A program made the position numbers and the translations under genes. Positions 9,849 through 18,367 of a DNA stretch of 32,000 nucleotides are shown one piece after another. The notes beneath the pieces are model-generated. The model was not told the DNA's origin. It saw only the letters and a list, made by a program, of their open reading frames with translations, and did no database searches. Source of the DNA: Aeropyrum pernix K1 (GTDB lineage Archaea > Thermoproteota > Thermoprotei_A > Sulfolobales > Acidilobaceae); assembly GCF_000011125.1 (NCBI RefSeq), contig NC_000854.2, forward strand, positions 750,001 through 782,000, given 5' to 3'. Numbering within the stretch: the stretch's first letter is position 1; each line of letters starts with the position of its first letter.

Positions 9849-10274
9849 CTATGGTATCTGTTTGAAATCGTTGTCTAGTGTTAGGATTTCTTTTATTTCT
9901 TCTCTTTTCATGATTGCTACTGTTAGAGCGTCGCTCGGTAGTAGCTTGTATTCTAGCGATATTTTCATGCTTTCTCTGAAGTCGCTGTAGGTTGGTGGGA
10001 TTATATTCAGCTTTTCAGCTATCTTGTCGAGTGCAGCTAGTCTAGCTCTAATGGTGTCTTCTGCAGCACCCTTCTCAAACAGTTTTCCTATCTTGTAGAC
10101 ACTTACAGGCCCCTCCGATTCAATTATGGAGAGGGCTATTAGCTTGTACGCTGCCTCCTCAAGGAGGTGGGTCGAGGTGTAGGGTTCTGTTCCTATTAGG
10201 TACTCGAGAAGGCTGTGTTCTCTGTTGAATATTATGCGGATGAATATGTTAGCGTCAACGAAGAGCCTCCTCAA
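9849..10274 (-). CDS. vapC: PIN-domain ribonuclease toxin (VapC family)
   Basis: 'LFVDANIFIRIIF', 'YKLLPSDALTVAIMKREEIKEILTLDNDFKQIP': PIN acidic residues and overall fold pattern. Confidence 0.85.
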   Translation of the reverse strand: MRRLFVDANIFIRIIFNREHSLLEYLIGTEPYTSTHLLEEAAYKLIALSIIESEGPVSVYKIGKLFEKGAAEDTIRARLAALDKIAEKLNIIPPTYSDFRESMKISLEYKLLPSDALTVAIMKREEIKEILTLDNDFKQIP

Positions 10275-10476
10275 GATATAACTCCTCCACTAGGTCCAGC
10301 AGCTCAGCCTTACCCTTAGGGAGTTCTGAAAGGAAGTCCACTAACTCCCGGTAATCCTCCTCCCCGAAAACTCTACGCCTAATAACAACCTCAACCTCCT
10401 CCCCCTCACTTAACACCAAGGGTTCTAGGGGTTTCAGCACACCCCCCTCATACTTCACACGGATAACCTTAGACAT
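10255..10476 (-). CDS. Antitoxin of the DUF104/AF2212-like family, partner of the PIN toxin
   Basis: 'MSKVIRVKYEGGVLKPLEPLVLSEGEEVEVVI' is the characteristic N terminus; its 3' end overlaps the vapC start. Start chosen at 10476 instead of the upstream in-frame codon at 10494. Confidence 0.85.
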   Translation of the reverse strand: MSKVIRVKYEGGVLKPLEPLVLSEGEEVEVVIRRRVFGEEDYRELVDFLSELPKGKAELLDLVEELYLEEALR

Positions 10477-10769
10477 AGCACACCCCCAACCCATAAAAAA
10501 GGTTTAGACCCCCTAAGCCTTTATCCTAGCATGCTGCACCATCCTCCATTATGATACAAAGCTTAGATTATCAAGATGTCGGGCGTGCTACATTATATCG
10601 TGCATTCATTAACATTTGTTTAATTTATCTTTGTTCTCAGGGGCAGGAGGGTCTGGCTTCAAATCTCGGTGGCTCCACCCTAAGTTTATACTTGAACGTG
10701 GCATTTTGCGAATGTTGCTAGAGCAGTATTGAGGCCTAGGGTTCCAGCGCCATCCAAGACTCCACCAAC

Positions 10770-11231
10770 AGCCTCAGCAACGTACCTCCTGGCGGCCACC
10801 TACCCCAAACCCTACCGGGGTATGGCTAGAGCGTTCTCGGTTGAAGCTAGGAGGTGGCTTACGAGTGGAGCCTCTCCAGCATGTCCTTCGGCAGGCCCAT
10901 ACACCGGCTCCAGGCAGTCCGCTTCCAGATCGTCGACATGGCGGTCAAGACAAGGTCGATGAAGACTCTAGCATACACGGCAGCCAGGCTCAGGGACCAG
11001 GGGGACCCGAGGTACGTGTGGATGGCCTCAGCAGCTAAGCTCCACGCAAGCATAGCTGCGAACGAGATAGCAGCCGCCGCCGTGAGAATCCTAGGCGGCC
11101 TGGGCTACGTGAAAGAGTCGACGGCGTAGAGGGTGTACAGGGACGCCAAGCTCCTGGAGATAGGCGAGTGGACGAACGAGATCCAGAGGTGGATAATGGG
11201 GAAGATGCTCTACGGCGAACTATCCCCCTAA
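10770..11231 (+). pseudogene. C-terminal remnant of an acyl-CoA dehydrogenase gene (frameshift plus in-frame stop)
   Basis: Frame A: 'PYRGMARAFSVEARRW'. Frame B from ~10854: 'MSFGRPIHRLQAVRFQIVDMAVK...KLHASIAANEIAAAAVRILGGLGYVKESTA', then TAG at 11127, then in the same frame 'RVYRDAKLLEIGEWTNEIQRWIMGKMLYGELSP*' ending at 11231. Confidence 0.88.
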
Positions 11232-11600
11232 ACCCCGGTTTCCCCTCTAGGCGCATGCGCAAACCACATCCAACACTCTCCTATTCCGTCTAGGCAGGTA
11301 TGCTCAGTCATCCCTGTATCCCCCTCCCTTTCCTCGTGTCGATCCTTGAGGCTGCCTCCACAACGGAAATGCCATGGGCAATACAAGCTACCCACAGATC
11401 ACCAATATGTATATGGTCTGAGCTCTCGGCGTGGGCCCGAGACACTCTGGGTTTTTTGCATCAACCGCTGAAGCCGTATCTTCGCATTGTTTTGTTTGTT
11501 ATTTATCGTTCGAGAGTTTGGAGCGAGATGTGCATCTATATCACATTATGTTGAATTTATTTATGATAAATGCCACGATATTTCAAATGGTGGACGTATA

Positions 11601-13202
11601 GTGGGTAGATACTTCGGTTTCCGGGAGCTATACCCAAAGTACCCCGTTCAGCTAGCCACTCGACGCGACTCTAAAATAAGACTCGGTACCAGGCAACTCT
11701 ATGTGGATGTTCCCTTTCCAATCTACCATCATTACATTCGTTGGTGGATGTACCACGAGGGGATCGGCGATAAACAGGAGAACCTGGACGTAATACAACG
11801 AATAAAAGATGACTTGAATAAGGAGCTCGGAGACAGGTATTCTAGCATTTACAGCGTTGAGGGACCAATTGAGAGAGGGACAGGCAAACCATTCATAAGG
11901 CTACGGATTAGATGGGACAAGCTGATAGACTACCTAGAATGGAGAGCTAGGGATTGGGTCGAGGATGTAAAAAGAGTTAGTGTAAATCATGTAGGAAGTA
12001 TTATTAGAGATTTATACGTTAATGACATTATATGTAACTATATAGGATTGTTATTATTAGTAAACATTGAGAGGGCTCTAGACCTGTTATTATCCAAAAC
12101 CTTTAATATGGGATTAGATGAGGAAGTCCAAAGGTATAGGAAGCTGTTATCGAGGCTAGGAGAAATAGATCATATTGAGGAGCTTGTTGAGAGGTTAAGA
12201 AGGGCTATCGAGAAGATATATAGGTCAGAAAGACGTCGCCTTGCAGGCCTACAAAAGGATGTTGTTTCCATGGACAAATTGATAATATCAAATTTAACAC
12301 TAAACATTAACGATATAGTTAGTGCGGTCTATGATGTAAATATTGGTTATGCCTATCTCAACATGAGGAGATCCATAGAAACACTAGTTAGGCTCTTGTG
12401 CTTCTACAGAACACTTGGTAACAGATCTTTATGTCCTGCAGGCCGTAGAAGCCGGAGGGAGACGGAGATTGAGATTGAATATTGTTTCTCAAACGAAAAC
12501 GACGAAGATATATTGTTTAAAGCATTTGCTCACTCTGCTAAAAACCTCTATGGAATAGGGATCAGTCTAAATATCCAGAATTTACAAAAACTTGGCGTGG
12601 AACCTCGTCACGCTGAGGACCTGAAGCGAATATACTCGATAGCTAGTGAGGTGATCCACCGCATTCCCAGGCTGCCGTTCTATTCTCTTCTCGAGTTTAA
12701 GGTGTTTAAACATGTGTTCAGGTGGTATGTGGAGACTGTTGAATCAATCGCTGGTACGGCGACTGTAAGTGAGGAGGTTGAGCATGATGTGTGGGGTAGG
12801 CTAGAGCTGGAGCAGCACGCTGTCCATGAAGCGGTGAGAATTGTTAGGGATAACAAACGAGACGTTATAGAGGCGTTCAAGGAAGTTGTACGGGGGTTGG
12901 ATGAGAGGGATTTGGAGTATCTTAGGCTTGCTGCTTATCTGTCGCCTAGCAGGGCAACCCTCGAGAAGGGCTTACTCCTGGAGGAGGAGTTTCTGGAGGC
13001 TCTTGAGAAGGCCTCACGCCAGCTCGGCAGCCCAGCTAGCCTGATATTAAGCCTGGCCGCTGATAGGCTGAAGACCGTTAGCATTTTTATGGGGGAGAAA
13101 CTTGTTGAGAAGGGCATAATAGCCTCCGGCGACCCCGACTACGCGGCTAAGGTGGCCTTCTATACACTCCTGCTAGCATTGGGAGAAGGTATACTGTTCT
13201 AA
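11601..13202 (+). CDS. Large uncharacterised helical protein; start uncertain (ORF open from 11487, GTG candidate at 11601)
   Basis: Long ORF (571 aa from 11487) with coherent protein character; 'YLNMRRSIETLVRLLCFY' and 'LKRIYSIASEVIHRIPRLPF...VFRWYVETVESIAG' resemble the C-terminal half of the 8678-9475 protein. Confidence 0.8.
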   Translation: MGRYFGFRELYPKYPVQLATRRDSKIRLGTRQLYVDVPFPIYHHYIRWWMYHEGIGDKQENLDVIQRIKDDLNKELGDRYSSIYSVEGPIERGTGKPFIRLRIRWDKLIDYLEWRARDWVEDVKRVSVNHVGSIIRDLYVNDIICNYIGLLLLVNIERALDLLLSKTFNMGLDEEVQRYRKLLSRLGEIDHIEELVERLRRAIEKIYRSERRRLAGLQKDVVSMDKLIISNLTLNINDIVSAVYDVNIGYAYLNMRRSIETLVRLLCFYRTLGNRSLCPAGRRSRRETEIEIEYCFSNENDEDILFKAFAHSAKNLYGIGISLNIQNLQKLGVEPRHAEDLKRIYSIASEVIHRIPRLPFYSLLEFKVFKHVFRWYVETVESIAGTATVSEEVEHDVWGRLELEQHAVHEAVRIVRDNKRDVIEAFKEVVRGLDERDLEYLRLAAYLSPSRATLEKGLLLEEEFLEALEKASRQLGSPASLILSLAADRLKTVSIFMGEKLVEKGIIASGDPDYAAKVAFYTLLLALGEGILF

Positions 13203-13286
13203 CGTCGGCTCTGAACAGGAAATATAGGTTAACTGTACTTAACCAGCCTTTAACCTCCGCCGATCCAACTAAACCCAACGGAGAAG

Positions 13287-13670
13287 GTGGAGAGCTTGGT
13301 TAACGGCCGATCCACGGATCACCGTTTTGACAGAGAGAAAATTGTTAGAAGGGCGGACGAAATAGCCGGAAAACACGGCCTACTGAGTCATAGGCTTCGA
13401 ATACTGATACTGGCAGCCACTGCCGCCTACGGAGAAGCATCGTGGACCAGCCTGAAAACGATTCTAGAAAGCCTGCTGGGCCCAGTGAACCCGAACACAC
13501 TCGCATTCCATACTAGAAAACTAATGGAGGCGGGGCTACTGAGAAGAGCGGGGTCTCTCGAATCTCCAGTGTACATGCTGGCTGAAGAGCCTGATAGAGA
13601 GATCGCTGAGCTCGCGAAAGAGATGGAAAAGCTAGTTAAGCCCACTAGACAGGGGAGCGAGGAGCCCTGA
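13287..13670 (+). CDS. Winged-helix/HTH transcriptional regulator-like protein
   Basis: 'LSHRLRILILAATAAYGEASWTSLKTILESLLGPVNPNTLAFHTRKLMEAGLLRRAGSLESPVYMLAEEP' reads as an ArsR/MarR-like winged helix. Confidence 0.7.
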   Translation: MESLVNGRSTDHRFDREKIVRRADEIAGKHGLLSHRLRILILAATAAYGEASWTSLKTILESLLGPVNPNTLAFHTRKLMEAGLLRRAGSLESPVYMLAEEPDREIAELAKEMEKLVKPTRQGSEEP

Positions 13671-14145
13671 ATACTTATCAGGTAGTCCAGGATTAAAAAC
13701 GAGCGGTTGTAGTTGTAAAGTAATTTAGAGGAGTCGTTCTGCTGTCGAACTCTGGAAAATAGGGCTCTTCGGAAGAGGGACGAGGGATTCATCATGAGGG
13801 GTATCTACAGCTTTCCTAGGATACTACTTCAACGTTATAGAAGAAGGTGATCTCTAGCTAGAATTCGTTATGAAGCTGAATCCCGTTCCTGTTAAAGCTA
13901 AGGATAACTCCGAGGAAAGCCGCTGACGTGAGGGTTGTAGGCCTTAGAGAGGGTTGAAAACAATGTTAGAGAGCCCATTGCTGACGCCTCCTTCCTTGAT
14001 ACTAGGTAGCTACTATAATGAGACCGATACTATAGAGCTGCTCTAGTCGATTAAAGACGAAAGAGATAGCCATGCTTTAGAGTTAATGTAAGGCTAGGTT
14101 TCACTGTTGTTAACGATTAGCTCTTGCTAGTTCTTCTGGTAGCGT

Positions 14146-14152
14146 TTATATA
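14146..14152 (+). promoter_or_regulatory. Putative TATA box for the subtilase gene
   Basis: 'gtTTATATAgc' immediately upstream of the ATG at 14158; spacing implies transcription starts downstream of that ATG. Confidence 0.5.
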
Positions 14153-14193
14153 GCTGCATGGGCTGGGACAAAATTGTAATCGGGTTCCCAGTA

Positions 14194-17100
14194 TTGCGCC
14201 TTCCCTATTTTGCACCTGCTATGCTGGTTTTCCTAATTCTTCTCCAGGGTTTTCCTGGGGCTCTGGCTTCCGGCTATTCTTTGTCTGGCGGCGAGGACCT
14301 CGGCGGGTATGGCGGCTATCCTGCGCCGCTTGCTATGCTTGTGGATTCTCTTGGGGAGGAGGGGCTTGGGCTGGGCGATCTGGAGGCTTTGGGTGTGGCG
14401 GTGCCTGTTGTGGTTTATCTCGAGCCTTGGGCCGATGCTGGGGCGCTTCTGGAGGAGTATGGGGGGCTCGTCTGGCTCTACAGGGGGCCTCTGGTCTCGC
14501 TTGTGGGGGGTGCGCTGGGTGTTGAGGACCTCCTGAGCCTCGCTGGCGAGCCGGGTGTTTCGCTGGTCGTGCCTGCGGGGCCTCTCAGGCCTGTTGCCAA
14601 GGCCGAGGAGCTCCCTCCCGACGTTCCCCGGAGGGCCCTCGGTGCCGTGGCCTCCGCCTCCACCGAGGGCGGGGTGGTTTATGACAGGCCGCTACGGCTG
14701 ACGGGGGCCTTGGAGGCCTGGGAGATGGGGTATCGCGGCGAGGGGGTTGTGATCGGGGTTATAGATACGGGGGTGGACTTCTCGGGGCCGGGGCTGGGTG
14801 AGGATAAGATCGCCTTCTCCCCCGAGGGTCTGCCCCTTATCGTGGACTACGGCATGGTTTTCCTGGCCGCACCCCTCTACGTCGAGGTGGACCCCGACTC
14901 GGGGTCGGGGGCTGTGGACTTCCAGGGGCTCTACACCGTGGAGGCGGGACCCGCTGGCGTTGGCTTGCTGGTGAAGAGGAGCGGGGGGTTCGCCTCCATC
15001 GCATACCTGAGCCCTGAAGGGGGCTACTCCAGCGGCTATGTTGAGTACAGCCTCGAGCCCCCGGTGCTCCCCCAGGAGGTTGTGGATGCCGCCCTGCAGG
15101 GAGGGGCGCCGCCTAGGTACGGTTTGGCGGTGTCCGAGAACATGGCCTACACCCTGGACGGCGGCCTACTCTGGTACAGGATGACTGTGCCCGGGCTGGT
15201 GGCCGACGCGGACGCCGACGGGCTTTACGACACCATCTACCTTGACGCCTCCACGGCTGTCTACCACCTGGCATCCGCCGCCAGGCAGGCGGGCCTCACC
15301 CTCTACCCCGCTCCATCAGCGGCGGACTACAGCTTCGAGGGAGAGAAGCCCGTAACCCCCGCCTCCCCACTGGCGGGCTACGACGCCCGGGGCGACGGGG
15401 ACATAGACCTCCCTGTGGGGGCGCTGGCAGGCTACACAGTAGACCTGAGCGGCGCGGCCCTGGGGATGGCCACCGGCATCCTCGGCGAGATGGCGGCTGG
15501 CCTCCCCGAGGGCGGCGCCACCCTATTACCGACGGAGGACCTCCCAGCGGGCTACCTGCTGCCGGGCATGGACTTCTGGCGGGGGAGCTACGCGGTGTTC
15601 CACACCGACGATGACGGCCACGGCACCAAGGCCGCCTCCACCGCCGCCGGCAGGGAGTTCATCTTCCGGGCCGAGACGGGCCTGGGGTTGGAGGTTAGAA
15701 TGCTGGTCTCGGGCACCGCGCCCGAGGCGAGGCTGGCGGCGAGCTCCTTTTACATCTACGAGCAGGCCATGCTGACCCTAACCGGCCACGTAATGGTAGA
15801 CGCCGGGACGGGTGAGCCCCTATGGATCCCGCCCTGGATGGGGGGCGTGGATCCTTGGGATAGGCTAGACCCCAGGCTCAACGGAGGAGGGGTCAAGGCG
15901 GAGTGGGCCTGGACTGGCACCCCCCTCGTCGACCTAACCACTAACAGCTGGGGCATATCCTCCCTACAGTACTATGCGGATAAACCTCTGGGCCTGGAAG
16001 AGGTTAGCCTCTTCATAGACTCGATAACGCTGGAGACGGGGGTCCCCCACTTCATAGCCGCGGGCAACGGCGGCCCCGGCCTAGGCACCGTGACGGCGCC
16101 GGCCACAGCCAGGCTCGCAGTGGCGGTGGCGGCGGCTACTGACATGGCCTACCTATCCCTCATTCAGCCAGGCTACCTCCCCCTCCTGGCAGGCCTCGGG
16201 GGCTACGGCGACCCAGCATACTTCTCAGCAAGGGGGCCAAGCCACGCCGGAGCCCCGAAGCCGGGGCTCGCCGCCATAGGGGGGTTCGCGTACACCACGG
16301 GGCGGAGCCTGGACCACTACACCGGGGGCAGGCTGGACCCCCGGGCGGCGCCCCTGCTCTTCGGCGGCACCAGCATGGCCACGCCGATGGCGGCGGGGGC
16401 CGCTGCCCTGGCTATACAGGCGTTGAAGGAGAGCCTAGGTGTTGAGAGGCTCGGGCTTGAGGAGTGGCTGAGGGTCTACACAGCACTCTCCATGACCGCC
16501 CAGTGGAGGGGGCTACCCTGGGGGGAGATGGGCAATGGGATCGTGGATGCTGCTGGGGCGATTAGGCTGTTGACGGGCGTCGACCAGGGTGTTCTCATCT
16601 ACTCGGCCACCATATTAGAGGAGGCTGCGGGCCAGGCGGGAGTAGCCGCCCCCGGCTACGGCATCCCCGCGCTCCTGGTTTGGGCGGGGAGCGGTGTCGA
16701 GACCCCGGTGGATATCGTGCTGGAGGGCGAGGGGCCGGTGGCCCTGAAGGCGGTTGAGCCGAGGCTCGAGGTCACTGTGAGGTCCTCGGTCGAGATAGAC
16801 CTGTCCAGCCCCGTGGGGGAGAGCGGCTACTACACGATGTACAACGCGGCCTCCATAGACCCCAGCATGCTGCCCCAGGGGCCCGTTGAGGTGTCCCTAA
16901 CCCTCCCGTACGAGGTTTTCGACAGGCAGGGCAGGGAGAGGACCTCGACGTGGTGGGAAGGCTACGTCTACGGCGTCCTAGCCCTCCTATACTGGGCCGA
17001 CCTGGACGGCGACGGCCTAGGGGATGACGGGGAGTTCTACATCCTCTCCATAGACAAGAAGTCCTCAAACGTGTTCAGAGTATTCCTCTCCAACGCCCAG

Positions 17101-18282
17101 GAGGCGCTGGCGGGGGCACGCGAGGCCCTAGGCTGGAGTGAGGGGGTGCGGGAGGAGGTCGTCCTGAGGCTGGCCCTGGCAGGCCTCTCCTGGGCGGGCG
17201 GCACTACGAGGGCCACGGTGGAGATCGCCGCCATCTCGTGGGTGGAGAGCAGCGCGCTATCCCTCCCCGCCACGGTAGAGGTTGAGGGCGAGGCTGTGGT
17301 GGAGGCTGTTGTGAACCCTCCGGAGCCCGGAGTCTACACGGGCTTCATAGTAGCCTCGACCGGGGTCGGGGAGTATAGGATGCCCTACACCATACTCAGC
17401 CCCTACAGGCCCAGCCACACAGGGGTACACGTCCCCCAGGGCCTGGGGCCCGACGAGTACTATGAGGAGGCCTGGGTCAGGGGGGCCTTCGACTACAGCT
17501 GGTGGTACGAGGACGGGGACTGGAGGATAGTACCCCTCGAGCTCCCTGGCCCGGGGTTGGCGGTGGCGAGGCTCCACTGGCCCGTGGAGGATGGTAGGGA
17601 GGCCTACGCCACCAACATAGACGCCTACCTATACCTCAACAGGCCCTCCATCACCGTGAGTGAGGCGGGGGAGGTCGTGGTTGGAGTGGAGGAGATGGCC
17701 CTAGCCTCCAGGGAGGCGTCGGCCGCGAACAGGTTCTTCGACCCCACCCTAACGGGGTTCTGGGACCAGCCTGGCTCGGGGCCAGGGGAGACTGTGCTCG
17801 CAGCCTACAACCACGCCCCCGGCAGGGTCCTTCTAGTGTACAGGAGTGTGCAGTACAGCGGCGAGACGGCCCGGCAGCCCGTGGTGATAACCTTATATCA
17901 TACACCGGTATCGACGCGGGGCACCCTAGCCACCGGCGAGACGACGCTGGCCTCAGTCTCCATGGCCTCCCTCTACAGGCTAGGAAACCACGTCTCCACC
18001 CCGCTGGGAGCAGGGGTAGAGGCGTACCACCGGGAGGGCGGCTGGGCCCTACCACCCCCCGGGGCCTCTGCCAGCGTAGAGGCGTACCAGGAGGCCCTGG
18101 GCGGCCACGTACTCCACCTCTCCATAGCGGTGGCACTACCCGAAGAGCCGGTGCCGGAGTCGGTGCTGGTGAGTATAGACCTGGGCCTATCTATTCCTAG
18201 GATGAGCAGCGGCCTAACAGTGACAGGTGAGGCTGAGAGGGTTGAGAGCGAGACAATCTACATTACACTACCCACGGGCTAA
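14194..18282 (+). CDS. Very large secreted S8-family subtilisin-like serine protease
   Basis: Signal peptide 'LRLPYFAPAMLVFLILLQGFPGALA'; Asp motif 'GVVIGVIDTGVDFSG', His motif 'DDDGHGTKAASTAAG', Ser motif 'FGGTSMATPMAAGAAALA'. ORF opens at ATG 14158; TTG 14194 is proposed as start because of the TATA position. Confidence 0.93.
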   Translation: MRLPYFAPAMLVFLILLQGFPGALASGYSLSGGEDLGGYGGYPAPLAMLVDSLGEEGLGLGDLEALGVAVPVVVYLEPWADAGALLEEYGGLVWLYRGPLVSLVGGALGVEDLLSLAGEPGVSLVVPAGPLRPVAKAEELPPDVPRRALGAVASASTEGGVVYDRPLRLTGALEAWEMGYRGEGVVIGVIDTGVDFSGPGLGEDKIAFSPEGLPLIVDYGMVFLAAPLYVEVDPDSGSGAVDFQGLYTVEAGPAGVGLLVKRSGGFASIAYLSPEGGYSSGYVEYSLEPPVLPQEVVDAALQGGAPPRYGLAVSENMAYTLDGGLLWYRMTVPGLVADADADGLYDTIYLDASTAVYHLASAARQAGLTLYPAPSAADYSFEGEKPVTPASPLAGYDARGDGDIDLPVGALAGYTVDLSGAALGMATGILGEMAAGLPEGGATLLPTEDLPAGYLLPGMDFWRGSYAVFHTDDDGHGTKAASTAAGREFIFRAETGLGLEVRMLVSGTAPEARLAASSFYIYEQAMLTLTGHVMVDAGTGEPLWIPPWMGGVDPWDRLDPRLNGGGVKAEWAWTGTPLVDLTTNSWGISSLQYYADKPLGLEEVSLFIDSITLETGVPHFIAAGNGGPGLGTVTAPATARLAVAVAAATDMAYLSLIQPGYLPLLAGLGGYGDPAYFSARGPSHAGAPKPGLAAIGGFAYTTGRSLDHYTGGRLDPRAAPLLFGGTSMATPMAAGAAALAIQALKESLGVERLGLEEWLRVYTALSMTAQWRGLPWGEMGNGIVDAAGAIRLLTGVDQGVLIYSATILEEAAGQAGVAAPGYGIPALLVWAGSGVETPVDIVLEGEGPVALKAVEPRLEVTVRSSVEIDLSSPVGESGYYTMYNAASIDPSMLPQGPVEVSLTLPYEVFDRQGRERTSTWWEGYVYGVLALLYWADLDGDGLGDDGEFYILSIDKKSSNVFRVFLSNAQEALAGAREALGWSEGVREEVVLRLALAGLSWAGGTTRATVEIAAISWVESSALSLPATVEVEGEAVVEAVVNPPEPGVYTGFIVASTGVGEYRMPYTILSPYRPSHTGVHVPQGLGPDEYYEEAWVRGAFDYSWWYEDGDWRIVPLELPGPGLAVARLHWPVEDGREAYATNIDAYLYLNRPSITVSEAGEVVVGVEEMALASREASAANRFFDPTLTGFWDQPGSGPGETVLAAYNHAPGRVLLVYRSVQYSGETARQPVVITLYHTPVSTRGTLATGETTLASVSMASLYRLGNHVSTPLGAGVEAYHREGGWALPPPGASASVEAYQEALGGHVLHLSIAVALPEEPVPESVLVSIDLGLSIPRMSSGLTVTGEAERVESETIYITLPTG

Positions 18283-18367
18283 CACCCCCCCAGAGGGCGG
18301 CCCAGGATGCCCCCTGTTTTCCCCGCGCCTGTACTCCCAGCTGTTCCAGGCTTGTGAGGTGGTGTAG

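Noticed and set aside
17651-18136. 161-aa minus-strand ORF opposite the subtilase C terminus
   Set aside because: Arg/Pro/Ser/Trp-rich shadow of an evident coding sequence.
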